From an uncultured Planctomycetaceae bacterium (lineage in GTDB: Bacteria > Planctomycetota > Phycisphaerae > SM23-33): a stretch of 64,000 nucleotides of DNA. The translations under genes were made by a program, and so were the position numbers. The stretch lies in the NCBI GenBank assembly GCA_964557575.1, contig CAZLBC010000017.1, forward strand, positions 4,227 through 68,226, in the 5' to 3' direction. This document shows, one piece after another, positions 1 through 9,533 of the stretch (position 1 is its first letter; every line of letters begins with the position of its first letter). The notes under the pieces are model-generated. The model was not told where the DNA came from, ran no database searches, and was given only the letters and a program-made list of their open reading frames with translations.

Positions 1-1
1 C

Positions 2-382
2 ATGGAGCGGATGCTGAACTTCACCGGCTCGCCGCGCCTGAAGATGAACATGGACACCGGCAACACCTTTATCGCGGGCAGGGATCCCGTCGACTTCCTG
101 AAGCAATTTGTCGGCGCGGTCTCCCACGTCCACCTCAAGGACGTCAGCGAATCGCTGGCCGCCGCGGCGCGGGGCGAAGACACCGGCATCGCCCTCAGCG
201 AATGTGCGGTCGGCGACGGCGTCAACGCCGGCGCCATCAAAACGTGCCTGGAAATCCTCCGGGACGACGGCTATGACGGCGCCGTCAGCGTCGAGTGCGA
301 GGGCGCGGGCGGTCCCCTGCTCGAGCGATCCATCGAGTGGGTCCGCACAACGTTCAAGGAACTCGGGATTCCCGAATCCTGA
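2..382 (+). CDS. Sugar phosphate isomerase/epimerase (AP endonuclease 2 / xylose-isomerase-like TIM barrel), C-terminal part; 5' end lies outside the window
   Basis: Metal-binding motifs DTGN, HVHLKD and SVECEG near the C-terminus. Confidence 0.8.
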   Translation: MERMLNFTGSPRLKMNMDTGNTFIAGRDPVDFLKQFVGAVSHVHLKDVSESLAAAARGEDTGIALSECAVGDGVNAGAIKTCLEILRDDGYDGAVSVECEGAGGPLLERSIEWVRTTFKELGIPES

Positions 383-2102
383 GGGAGAACCGCGTCCCGC
401 CGCCGGGCGCCGGGCGGCAGGAAAGCGTCCCCCCGTTCTTCTTCGCGATCCGGCGACAGAGGGCGAGCCCCAGCCCCGCCCCGCCGCGGGTCCCGGCCTC
501 GTCGCGCCGGGCCTTGCAGAACGGGCGGAAGATCCGCTTGCGGTCGGCGGCGTCTATCCCGGGGCCGTGATCGCGAACCCCGAACTCGATTCCGCCGCCG
601 GTCCGGAAAACGATGAAATGTATGCGTTTGTCGTCGGCGCCGGCGGCGTACTTGCACGCGTTGTCGACGAGGTTCAGGACGACCTGCTCGACGCCCGTAA
701 CGTGCACGTGCATGCGGGCGGACGACGCTTCGCTGTCGACCTCGACCGACAACACCATGCCCGCCCCGGCAACGCGTTCCTCTATGCGCGGCAGGAGCCG
801 CTGAACGAAGTCGCCGACCGTCACGTCTTCCTTTTGTCCCGCGCCGTCTTTCGATTCCATCCGGCCGAACGCCAGGACGTTCTCGACCATGTCGCAGAGG
901 CGGAGGGTCTCGCCGTGCAGCGTCGCGAGGTACGCGCGCCGCTTCTCGTCGTCGACCATGCCCGCGGCCATCATCTCCGTGTACATCCGCATGGACGTCA
1001 GCGGCGTTCGCAGCTCGTGGGGGACGGCCGTCGCGAACGTCGAACGCCGCTCGCCGAGGGCGATGACGCTGCCCAGCAGCACGGCAACCGATACGCCGGC
1101 AACCAGCACGCCGGCCCACGCGATACCGAGCGGAAGAAAGACGGCGCCGGCGTCGAGGCCGACGGTCGGTTCGACGCGGCCGGGCACCAGCCGGACCGGC
1201 AGTGCCGCCAGGCGTCCCGGGACCTCCGCCCCGTCGCCGTCCGCGGCGGGCCGCAGTGCGGCGTCGGGCAGGAGATCGGCGATCATCTTCAGCAGCCACG
1301 ACCGTATCGCCGGCCAGTCGAGCAGGCACCCGGCGACGTACTCGGTATTGTTCTGCACCACCCGCCGCGCGATAAAGAGTTTCCCCGCCGCCCAGAATGC
1401 CCGGGCGTCGCCTTCGCGCGTGGGATTGACCAGGTCCCGGTTGTAGCGACCCAGGCTCTGGAAACGGCTGACCTGGGCGTTCGCCGTCATCCGCGACTGC
1501 AGTTCATTGATGTTCATCCCCTGCTGGCCGCTATCGCGATTCCGCGCCGTGTTGCGGGCTACCAGGAGTTCACCGGACACCGATTCCGCCTCGGCCGGCA
1601 CCGCCGGCAGCCGGGACACCAGGGCGTCGGCCTCGTTGATCCTCGCAATCTCGTCGATCAGCGCACCCCGGTCGTTCACCAGCGGTTTCGCCGGGCGGGA
1701 CCGCGGTTCCGGACGCGGGGCCGGCTTCATGTCGTCGTAGGGAACCGTTATGTCCCCGCCGGGGCCGATGCGGAAGTGCAGCGTGACCAGGGGCACCTCC
1801 TCGTCCCGGAGGGGCGAGGGCAGGTACATGGTCTGCGGCCGCGGGGCCCCCTCCGGCTGCCAGGTCACCAGGTGCTCGGGCTGGTACTGCTCGAAGGGCC
1901 GGGTCGACTCCATCGACACCGGGGGAATGAGGGCGGCGTCCATCCGCCACAGGGCCAGCCGCACCAGTTCCTCCCGCTCGTCGGCCTGCAGGGATGCCCG
2001 GCGGCGCCGGTCCTGTTCCCAGGCCACGTAACTGACGTACGCCACGGCCGCCAGGACCACCCCGAAACTCAGCGCGAAGACTGTCCAGGCCCGGCGTTTC
2101 AC
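354..2102 (-). CDS. Membrane sensor histidine kinase (HisKA + HATPase_c)
   Basis: Two hydrophobic TM segments; H-box HELRTPL, N-box NLVDNACKY, G1 DHGPGI, G2 GAGLGL; 4-nt overlap with the upstream response regulator. Confidence 0.92.
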   Translation of the reverse strand: MKRRAWTVFALSFGVVLAAVAYVSYVAWEQDRRRRASLQADEREELVRLALWRMDAALIPPVSMESTRPFEQYQPEHLVTWQPEGAPRPQTMYLPSPLRDEEVPLVTLHFRIGPGGDITVPYDDMKPAPRPEPRSRPAKPLVNDRGALIDEIARINEADALVSRLPAVPAEAESVSGELLVARNTARNRDSGQQGMNINELQSRMTANAQVSRFQSLGRYNRDLVNPTREGDARAFWAAGKLFIARRVVQNNTEYVAGCLLDWPAIRSWLLKMIADLLPDAALRPAADGDGAEVPGRLAALPVRLVPGRVEPTVGLDAGAVFLPLGIAWAGVLVAGVSVAVLLGSVIALGERRSTFATAVPHELRTPLTSMRMYTEMMAAGMVDDEKRRAYLATLHGETLRLCDMVENVLAFGRMESKDGAGQKEDVTVGDFVQRLLPRIEERVAGAGMVLSVEVDSEASSARMHVHVTGVEQVVLNLVDNACKYAAGADDKRIHFIVFRTGGGIEFGVRDHGPGIDAADRKRIFRPFCKARRDEAGTRGGAGLGLALCRRIAKKNGGTLSCRPAPGGGTRFSLRIRESRVP

Positions 2103-2809
2103 GGCGGTGTCTCCCCGGCCGCGAACAGGTAGCCGGTGCCCCGAACGGTCCTGATCACACCCGTATCGGCCGACGGCGCATTGAGCTTTTCCCGGAGGCG
2201 GGCGACGTGCATATCCACGGTCCGGGTCTCGATACCCTCGGGCCGCGTTCCCCAGACGTGCAGGAGGATCTCGTCCCGGGAAACCGGCCGCCCCGGATTG
2301 GCCGCCAGGTACCGCAGGAGCTGGGTCTCCCGGTCGCCGAGCGCGACGGTGCCGCCGTCGTCGAAACGGATTTCGCCGATCCTGAGGTCGGCCGCGCCGC
2401 CCGGGATCGGGAACACCGGGTTCTCCTCCTGCCGTCCGGGGCTTCGGCGGAGCACCGCCTCGATCCGTGCCAGCAGCTCGCGGACGCTGAACGGCTTGAC
2501 GACGTAGTCGTCGGCGCCGAGCTTCAGTCCCTGCACCCGGTCCGCCTCGCGGCCCCGGGCGGTCAGGATGATCACCGGGAGCACCGGCCGGGAGGGGCGG
2601 AGTTCGCGCAGCACGTCCAGGCCTTCCTTCACCGGCAGCATGAGATCGAGCAGGACCAGGTCGACCGGTTCGGCAAGGGCCGCTTCGAGCCCCGCCCCGC
2701 CGTCGGCGGCCTCGATAGTCCCGCAGCCGTCGGCCGCGAGGGCGTCGCGGATGCCGCGGCGGATCGGCTCGTCGTCTTCGATGACCAGGATGCGCGTCTT
2801 TTTTCTCAT
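2099..2809 (-). CDS. OmpR/PhoB-family response regulator
   Basis: REC domain (IEDD, LLDLMLP, LTA, GADDYVVKPF) plus winged helix (SRDEILLHVWG, RTVDMHVARLREKL, TVRGTGY). Confidence 0.95.
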   Translation of the reverse strand: MRKKTRILVIEDDEPIRRGIRDALAADGCGTIEAADGGAGLEAALAEPVDLVLLDLMLPVKEGLDVLRELRPSRPVLPVIILTARGREADRVQGLKLGADDYVVKPFSVRELLARIEAVLRRSPGRQEENPVFPIPGGAADLRIGEIRFDDGGTVALGDRETQLLRYLAANPGRPVSRDEILLHVWGTRPEGIETRTVDMHVARLREKLNAPSADTGVIRTVRGTGYLFAAGETPP

Positions 2810-2863
2810 GTCTGCCGTGACTCTCTGTATATTATTACGTCCGCACCGGGCCGATCACAAGGA

Positions 2864-4459
2864 TCAGCCCGACGGCACGTACCGCTCGTAGACGTAGGTC
2901 AGCTTCCGTGATGCACCCGGCTCGACCGCTATCGTCCAGGTAATCGTGCCTTCCCGTTTCTGGAGCTGCAGTTTTTCCGTGTTGACGGTGATCTCTCCTT
3001 CCCGGTCCGCCTCCGTCGGTTTTCCCGGGACGGTCGTCGTGACGACCACCGTGATCTTCTCCGTCTCGAAATTGCGGACCTGTATCATCCCCCTGAGCGT
3101 CACCAGGTCGAGGTGGACATCGCGCCGCGGCGAAAAGGCCTTCAGCTTGCGATCGATCTCGGTTTCCCCGACCTTCGTGGCGACGTTGACCGCCGTCGTC
3201 ACCGGCAATTCCCCCGCGCCGCCGCGGGGCACGTATTTCAGGAGGTCCTCGCTCAGCGGCCGGCCGTCGGACAGCGCCAGGCAGGGCCCCGTGGTCCACG
3301 CCGTCGGCGTGGCGTTGTGCAGCACGAGCAGGTGCCGGATGTCGCCGGGCGGGTTCCACCGGTATATGTGGGAATATTTGATCGTGCGCTTGAAGAGCGT
3401 GACGATCGCCTTCTCGCCGCGGCGGATCGTCATGTCCTTTTTCGTGTAGACCGTGTAGTCGGTCCCGCCCGGACCGGCGAGGCTGGGAAGATTGCCCGTG
3501 GCCTCCTTCAGGTCGCCGCCCGCCACCGCGACGGGCTTGTCGACGACGGCCGGGTCCCGGTTCGTGTTCCGGACGACGGCCATCCGGTTGGCGATCTGGC
3601 TCCTGATCTGTTGGGGCGCCGTCGCCGTACCGATCGTCCGGATCACCTGCCCGACGGCGATGGGGGCCATGTACTGCGTGTGCACGAAGTGAGGGACGCC
3701 GACCACGAAATTGACGTCGCAGTGGATCAGGTCCTCCGCCTCGTTGATCAGGGTGCCGCGCAGGGTCAGCTCGGCGGTGTCGTCGTCGAGAATCTTCATC
3801 GTGTACTCCGGTATCCAGGTAATGCCCTTCCGCAGATACGCCATGCCCAGGTCGGCCATCCGGGGCGACTGCCGCTCGTTTTCGACATCGCGCAGGTGAA
3901 TGCGCAGGGGCAGGTCGAGTATTTTCATCCGCGCGATCGCGGCGATCGGCACGGCCATGGTGCCCGTCTTCGCCTTGAGGATCGCGTACCGCGGACCCAC
4001 CGACATGAGCGTGCCGGCCACCGACAGGTCGGAATCGTCCCGCCGGTATGTCAACTCGATGTTGAGATTGACGTTCGTATCGAGTCGGCGGCGGCGGGCC
4101 GCCTCGGTGTCGGGCGCGTCCACGCCGTCGAACGCCGTCACGCTGCCGGTGCCGGATCCGACGACGTCGACCATGTTTTCGTCGTCGCAGGAAAAGATCG
4201 CCAGCGTGCCGAATGCCGCCGGCGGCACCTGCCCCGATACGCACCAGCCGTCATCGAGTCCCGTCGCGCCCCGGCGGATAAAGAACCCCATGCCGTTCTT
4301 GAACACCGACACGCTCCTGACCCGCGGTTTCCAGAGGTGGGGGTTTTCGTTGTTCGCCGCCGGCTTGTCCGCGGCTTCCTCCGCCCCGTAACACCCCGCC
4401 GCGATCCACGCCGCGGCCACTATCGCAATGCCGACCGTCTTGTATGCCGTTCGCATCAT
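2864..4459 (-). CDS. Secreted DUF4139/DUF4140-like protein
   Basis: Signal peptide; N-terminal RSVSVFKNGMGFF strand, YLRKGITWIPEY motif and C-terminal W..AVEPGASRKLTYVY typical of DUF4139. Confidence 0.65.
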   Translation of the reverse strand: MMRTAYKTVGIAIVAAAWIAAGCYGAEEAADKPAANNENPHLWKPRVRSVSVFKNGMGFFIRRGATGLDDGWCVSGQVPPAAFGTLAIFSCDDENMVDVVGSGTGSVTAFDGVDAPDTEAARRRRLDTNVNLNIELTYRRDDSDLSVAGTLMSVGPRYAILKAKTGTMAVPIAAIARMKILDLPLRIHLRDVENERQSPRMADLGMAYLRKGITWIPEYTMKILDDDTAELTLRGTLINEAEDLIHCDVNFVVGVPHFVHTQYMAPIAVGQVIRTIGTATAPQQIRSQIANRMAVVRNTNRDPAVVDKPVAVAGGDLKEATGNLPSLAGPGGTDYTVYTKKDMTIRRGEKAIVTLFKRTIKYSHIYRWNPPGDIRHLLVLHNATPTAWTTGPCLALSDGRPLSEDLLKYVPRGGAGELPVTTAVNVATKVGETEIDRKLKAFSPRRDVHLDLVTLRGMIQVRNFETEKITVVVTTTVPGKPTEADREGEITVNTEKLQLQKREGTITWTIAVEPGASRKLTYVYERYVPSG

Positions 4460-4545
4460 CGTTCGCTCCTTTCGACTCTTCTTTCCCGCGGGAGAGGAGG
4501 CCTTCTCCTCCCCTGTTCATTAGAGGCGAAAACGGCCGCGGGAGA

Positions 4546-4563
4546 TGTAACATCCGTGTAACA
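4546..4563 (-). promoter_or_regulatory. Candidate OmpR/PhoB-type binding site (TGTTACA-N4-TGTTACA, 11-bp period)
   Basis: Perfect 7-bp direct repeat one helical turn apart, about 90 bp upstream of the DUF4139-RR-HK operon. Confidence 0.5.
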
Positions 4564-4682
4564 AACGGGGAAACGCATGAGACGCCGTCGGCCGTTGGTG
4601 CCCACGGAAGTCAAAACGATTGAAACGCCGGCGCCAGGCGATATGATATCGGTGCGGGGGGAGAGGAAACGGTGCGCGGCAC

Positions 4683-7565
4683 ATGAACGATGCAGGTCAC
4701 ATCCGGCCGGGGACGCTCGCCCTGGTATCCCTGTGCCTGGCCGCCCCCCTCACGGCCGGCGTCAGGGGAAAATACGTCCACATCTTCATCCCCGGAAACG
4801 GCAAGACACTCACGCTCGCCGAGGTGGAGGTCTTCAGCAGCGATACAAACGTCGCGAAGGGCTGCCGGACCTCCCAGTCGAGCACGGCACACGGGGGCGC
4901 ACCGCGCAAGGCGGTGGATGGGAACACAAGCGACAACTATGAAAGCGGGTCGCAAACTCACACGAACAAAGAAAAAAATCCCTGGTGGGAGGTCGAGCTG
5001 AAAAAAGAGACGACGATCGATCGCATCGCCGTGTGGAACCGGGGCGAAAACCTCGGCTCGCGGCTCAACGGCTTCCACGTCTGCATCCTCGACGCCGATC
5101 ACCGGGTCGCCTGGGAGGAATCGAAAGACAGACCCGGCCGGACGACGCGGTTCGAAGTCACCGGCGCGGGCCGGGGAGGGCTGGTCGGAAAGATTTTGCC
5201 CCGGGGTACGGGCGGCGTGAAATCCGGCGGTGCGCAGGGTCCGGTGGTCGACGCGGTAACACTGAAAAAGCTCAACGACGACATCGAAAAGGCGATCGCG
5301 GACATCCGGCAATACCTCCTTGCCAAGCAGAATGCCGACGGCAGTTTCGGCGGGACGACGGGATTGCCCCACCTCTACGAACGGGACGAGAAGACCGGGG
5401 CGGTCACGTTCAAGAGCCCCAATTCCAACCGGTGGAAAAACAAGCAGATTCGCGCGAAATTGATGGGCGTCAAGCGGCTGCCCGTCGAACCGCAGCGGGA
5501 CCGGATCTTCGTCACTGCCGCCGTAGTCCACGCCCTGCTCGCCGCCGGAACGGACCTGCGAGATAAGAAAATACAGGCCGCGCTGAAATACCTGCAGCGT
5601 TTCGACACCCACGGCGTGCACGGTATCGCGATGCGCTGTATCGCCCTGTCCGCGGCGGACCGGCGCAGCCGTCCCGCCGGCCGGCACGGCCCCTGGATCA
5701 TCCACGACGCCACGCGCCTGGTGCTCGCCTTCGGCAGCAACGGCCTGGGAACGACGGTATGGCACGAAGACAGGAACAACTGCAGCAACCGGCTCTCCGC
5801 CATGGGCACGACCGCACTGCAGCGGTTCTCGCAGAACCCCGGCGGGTCGCTGCCCGCCGGCGCGTGGAAAACCATCAGGGACTTCTGGGAGCGGGGGCAG
5901 CTCGACTGCGGGGGATGGGGGCGGCGCGTCGGCGTTCCCAAGGACAGGGGCCACGAGCAACGGGGCGTGATAACAACCGCGGCGATAGCCGCCCTGTACA
6001 CCTGTCTCGACGCCGTCTCTCCCCCGGCATACCTCGAGTGCGGCAACGGCACCCTGCCTGAATCCATCAGGAAGGGACACGCCTTCCTCGGCGGAACGTT
6101 CGCCGGAATGGTCCAAAAAAACAACCCGAAGTTCGCCGACCACGGCAAGGATTTCGGCCGCTTCCTGTGGCGCGTCGCGCTGCTGGGGAACACGTCGGGA
6201 TACGGCAGGTTCGCAAAGAGGGACTGGTACCGGTTCTGCGTTGAAAAACTGTTCGAAAAGTATCCCGGCGGCATCAACAGCGAGGGCCTGCCGGCGACTG
6301 CCTTCAGCCTGCTGTTCCTCGTTGAAGGCCGACGGCCCGTTCTGTTCGGCAAGCTCAGGTTCACGGGGGACTGGAACAACCGCCCCCGGGACATCGCCCA
6401 CCTCACCGCGTGGATGGGAAACAACACCGACTGGCGGTGCGCCTGGCGGATCCTGGGCATCGAGGACGGCCCGGTTGCCTGGCGCGACACCCCCGTGCTC
6501 TACCTGTCCGGATCGAAGGACCCCGGCTTCACCGACGCCCACATCAAAAAGATCCGCGCCCATGTCTGCCGGGGCGGCATCATTTTCAGCGTCACGGAAG
6601 GGAAAGACGGCGGCTTCGACGAGGCGATGCGCCGCGTGTACGAGAAGGCCTTCCCGCGATATCCGCTGACAAAAATACCGCCCGGCCACCCGGTCTACGC
6701 CCGGCCCAACAAGATGATGGGCAAACCGCCCCTGGAGACGGCAACCAACGGCGTGCGCCCCCTGGTCGTGCACGCCGCCGAAGACATCGCGAATATCTGG
6801 CAGGAGCGCACACTGCCGGCACAGAAACGCCTCTTCATGTTCGGCGAAAACCTCGCGGCCCTGGCGGCCGGCGCGCCCGGCCGCCTCCTGCCCCGCCCCC
6901 TGCCGTACGGGCCGCCGTCCGCGAACACCGGTAACGCGAAAAAGGTGACCGTCCTGCGAGTCAAGCATAGCGGCAACTACGATCCCGAACCGCTCGCCTG
7001 GACGGCGGCCGCCGACCGCCTCGCGCGGGACGAGAAGATCGACCTGCGGCCCTGCCTGATCCCCATCGAGCGGATGGGCAGCGAGCGGGCGCGGCTGGCC
7101 GTGATGACCGGAACCGGCACGGTCGAGCTGTCCGGGGAGGAATTGAAGGCGCTGAAGAAGTATATTTCAGGCGGCGGAACGCTCCTGGTGGACGCGGCGG
7201 GCGGCTGCGAGGAGTTTTACCAATCCATCTCCGCCGTACTGTCGACCGCCCTCGGGAACCCCGAACCGATCGGCACCGACGCGCCGGTCATCACCCGCCC
7301 GGAAAACCCCATCGACGACGCGGGGTACCGCCCGGCGGCCGAAAAACGACACAAGCTGAAACGAGGCGGCACCGGCGGGTCGAAGGCCGCGGTTCTCATG
7401 CTCGAGGTCATCCGGTCCGGGGACCGGCCGGCCGTCTACCTCAGCCGGGAGGACATCACCTTCGGGCTCCTCGGATTCCCCGGGGGATGGATGATCGACG
7501 GGTACGAAAACGAGACCGCGTACGATATCGTCCGAAACATCGTCATGATCCACGGCGTCGAGTAG
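4683..7565 (+). CDS. Secreted F-type-lectin (discoidin fold) + prenyltransferase-like alpha/alpha barrel + tandem DUF4159 protein
   Basis: AVDGN and HT..PWWEVEL..NR...RL lectin motifs; LLAKQNADGSFG and QLDCGGWG barrel repeats; two DUF4159-like units (DWNNRPRD..PVLYLSG; ELKALKKYISGGGTLLVDAAGG). Confidence 0.7.
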   Translation: MNDAGHIRPGTLALVSLCLAAPLTAGVRGKYVHIFIPGNGKTLTLAEVEVFSSDTNVAKGCRTSQSSTAHGGAPRKAVDGNTSDNYESGSQTHTNKEKNPWWEVELKKETTIDRIAVWNRGENLGSRLNGFHVCILDADHRVAWEESKDRPGRTTRFEVTGAGRGGLVGKILPRGTGGVKSGGAQGPVVDAVTLKKLNDDIEKAIADIRQYLLAKQNADGSFGGTTGLPHLYERDEKTGAVTFKSPNSNRWKNKQIRAKLMGVKRLPVEPQRDRIFVTAAVVHALLAAGTDLRDKKIQAALKYLQRFDTHGVHGIAMRCIALSAADRRSRPAGRHGPWIIHDATRLVLAFGSNGLGTTVWHEDRNNCSNRLSAMGTTALQRFSQNPGGSLPAGAWKTIRDFWERGQLDCGGWGRRVGVPKDRGHEQRGVITTAAIAALYTCLDAVSPPAYLECGNGTLPESIRKGHAFLGGTFAGMVQKNNPKFADHGKDFGRFLWRVALLGNTSGYGRFAKRDWYRFCVEKLFEKYPGGINSEGLPATAFSLLFLVEGRRPVLFGKLRFTGDWNNRPRDIAHLTAWMGNNTDWRCAWRILGIEDGPVAWRDTPVLYLSGSKDPGFTDAHIKKIRAHVCRGGIIFSVTEGKDGGFDEAMRRVYEKAFPRYPLTKIPPGHPVYARPNKMMGKPPLETATNGVRPLVVHAAEDIANIWQERTLPAQKRLFMFGENLAALAAGAPGRLLPRPLPYGPPSANTGNAKKVTVLRVKHSGNYDPEPLAWTAAADRLARDEKIDLRPCLIPIERMGSERARLAVMTGTGTVELSGEELKALKKYISGGGTLLVDAAGGCEEFYQSISAVLSTALGNPEPIGTDAPVITRPENPIDDAGYRPAAEKRHKLKRGGTGGSKAAVLMLEVIRSGDRPAVYLSREDITFGLLGFPGGWMIDGYENETAYDIVRNIVMIHGVE

Positions 7566-7588
7566 AAACAGGTAAAAAGGGCTTTAGC

Positions 7589-8674
7589 CTACCGTCCGAA
7601 CTGCTGCGTCCAGTACTTGCCGGCCCGCCCGAGGCCGATCCGCCTGAATCCCCTGTTCATCATGTTTTTGTGGTGCCCCGGACTGTACCACCACTGCTTG
7701 AGGATCACGTCCGCGCCGCGCGTGCTGCCCATCGCGATATTTTCGCCGGAGACGCCGTCGCCGAGCCTCATATGCTTGAACTCGCCGCTGGTTTTCATCC
7801 GTGCCGACCACCCCCGCGCCCGCGCGTTTATCCGCAGGTCGAGCCGCAGCGGCAGGAGCCCGAAGAGCGTCCGCCTGACGTTCAGCGTGAATATCCCCGC
7901 GTATTCCTCGGGATCGATCTTGTCGCGCCGCTGGAAGTTGTACTGAAACACCTGCTTGGCCACCGGCGGCATGGGTATCGCGGTGGCGGCGCTGATTTCT
8001 TCCATCGCGACCAGTTCCCGCGCCGCCTCGTCCACCGACGACAGCCGCTGGTTCGGCGGTATAGTATCCGCCGGAAGCTTCGCGTGCGCCCGGTTCCAGA
8101 ATGCGACAATAGCGGTGAGCCGCTCGCGCCGCGGGGGGAGTTTCTCGTCGGCCTCCAGGACGGCGGCCCGGTCGATGGTCAGCAGGGATGCCAGTTCGGC
8201 CGCGATGGGATCGAGTTTTTCGGTAATCGTGTTCTTGGTCAGTTCGCCGGCCCCGTACACGTCGCCGGCCTGCTTCCGGAGCTTCCGCACCGTACCGCCG
8301 ACCGTTTGCATGTCGACGCTCTTCCTGAGCTGCCGGGAGGCGGCAGCGGAAAACATCGTCACATACCGCATCCGGACGCCCCGGTGAAGGCCGAACAACG
8401 ACCGCGCCAGTTGCTCGGCCCCGTACACACCCGCATCGACCAGCGCCTCTGCCGCCGCCGTCCACTCATCGCCCGAAATCCCCGGTTTCCTGATCTTCGC
8501 GATCAGCCCCTGGACGCGGCGCTTTTCGGCAATGACGGATTCCCGGTCCGCCGTCGGTTCGTTCCCGTCCCCCGCCGAATCCGCCCCGGCCACCGGCGGC
8601 GGCAGGAACAGCAGTCCGCTCAGCAGCACACCTGTCGTGGAGTAAAGCGCGATATAATGCCGTGGCCGGATCAT
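7589..8674 (-). CDS. CAP (SCP/PR-1) domain protein
   Basis: C-terminal GENIAMG, WWYSPGHHKNM and IGLG..YWTQQF motifs; signal peptide; helical N-terminal half. Confidence 0.85.
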   Translation of the reverse strand: MIRPRHYIALYSTTGVLLSGLLFLPPPVAGADSAGDGNEPTADRESVIAEKRRVQGLIAKIRKPGISGDEWTAAAEALVDAGVYGAEQLARSLFGLHRGVRMRYVTMFSAAASRQLRKSVDMQTVGGTVRKLRKQAGDVYGAGELTKNTITEKLDPIAAELASLLTIDRAAVLEADEKLPPRRERLTAIVAFWNRAHAKLPADTIPPNQRLSSVDEAARELVAMEEISAATAIPMPPVAKQVFQYNFQRRDKIDPEEYAGIFTLNVRRTLFGLLPLRLDLRINARARGWSARMKTSGEFKHMRLGDGVSGENIAMGSTRGADVILKQWWYSPGHHKNMMNRGFRRIGLGRAGKYWTQQFGR

Positions 8675-8748
8675 GGGAAGTGATACTGAGGATAGATGAA
8701 CGGGGGGCGCCGTTTAAAAGAAATAGAAAAAGGGGCTGATTCTCCGTG

Positions 8749-9141
8749 TCACGAGTTATCGGTTTCCGGCTTCAAATAGCTGCCCGACTCCGCTTCCTTC
8801 GTTTGATCGTTACCCGCCGACGGCGGGCTGCTTCCGGTAAAGGGTGAAGGCGGCGGGGGTGGCGTGGTTTCAACAGGGCCGCCGGAGGCCCCCATCTGCC
8901 GGGCATGTTCCTGTTCGTCCACGGCGGTGTAGAGCCTGATGCCCTTGTACAGAAAGTAAATCGCCAGGACCATGAAAAGGGCGACAAAAGTCATGCTCCG
9001 TGGTCCGGCCGCGTTTATCATGCCGATCGTGTAACAGACCGTCGCAACCACGGCCATTATCGCGCATAAAAAGGCCAGGGCCTTCCTTTTTGCGGCGCTC
9101 CTGATATTCCCTCCCTGGTCGGAACCTGCTTCGTCCTGCAT
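8749..9141 (-). CDS. Small membrane protein (2 TM helices, Pro-rich tail)
   Basis: AAGGAG RBS before the ATG at 9141; two hydrophobic segments; the longer upstream extension is AT-rich and not supported. Confidence 0.6.
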   Translation of the reverse strand: MQDEAGSDQGGNIRSAAKRKALAFLCAIMAVVATVCYTIGMINAAGPRSMTFVALFMVLAIYFLYKGIRLYTAVDEQEHARQMGASGGPVETTPPPPPSPFTGSSPPSAGNDQTKEAESGSYLKPETDNS

Positions 9142-9398
9142 TGCCAACTCCTTGATTTGCACTATCTTCCAGACACCCTGCACACACCGGGTATAGAATA
9201 CTGCTGCATATAAACATTTACCGTTATTATAAGCATTTATCGGCAACTTTAACCACACTTCTTTCTTATTTTTACTAAACACAAAACAGCAGAATAATCT
9301 TATATACTGCCGGTATTCACGTCGCAGCAGCACGATACACACCACAAACCCCGGAAAATACCTTGCAATGTGAATCCGTATATGGTTTCATTTCGTAC

Positions 9399-9526
9399 GC
9401 ATCAGGAATTTCCGGCACGCACTGAGGCCGGGATGCCAACCGGGGGCGGAGATCCCACGGTGGCAGGAGCGACGGTGCAGACGCCGCTCGATGTGCGAGG
9501 TAAACGCCTCGAACAAGAATCTCCGC
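9399..9526 (+). ncRNA. SAM riboswitch aptamer, SAM-I/IV-type architecture
   Basis: P1 GCAUC(9399-9403)/GAUGU(9490-9494); J1/2 AGGAA; P2 9410-9433; P3 core GCCAACC(9435-9441)/GGUGGC(9459-9464); P4 9467-9489; P5 9496-9511; 8-bp pseudoknot GCGGAGAU(9446-9453)/AUCUCCGC(9519-9526); lies upstream of a Cys/Met PLP enzyme. Confidence 0.85.
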
Positions 9527-9533
9527 GAACGAT

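Noticed and set aside
354-2102. Pro directly before the phospho-acceptor His (AVPHELRTP) as a sign of kinase inactivation
   Set aside because: All other catalytic boxes are intact; a single substitution or read error cannot be judged by eye
108-2132. 674-aa plus-strand ORF, and similar long overlapping ORFs (4611-6968, 23168-25207, 38002-39930, 45764-48778, 61733-63892)
   Set aside because: Antisense or alternate-frame shadows of well-supported genes in high-GC DNA; Arg/Pro/Gly-rich with no recognisable motifs
9142-9345. N-terminal extension of the small membrane protein ORF
   Set aside because: AT-rich promoter-like sequence; the strong RBS sits in front of 9141
9399-9526. Alternative riboswitch classes (TPP, lysine, cobalamin, c-di-AMP)
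   Set aside because: Their conserved motifs are absent, while the SAM-clan core and pseudoknot fit
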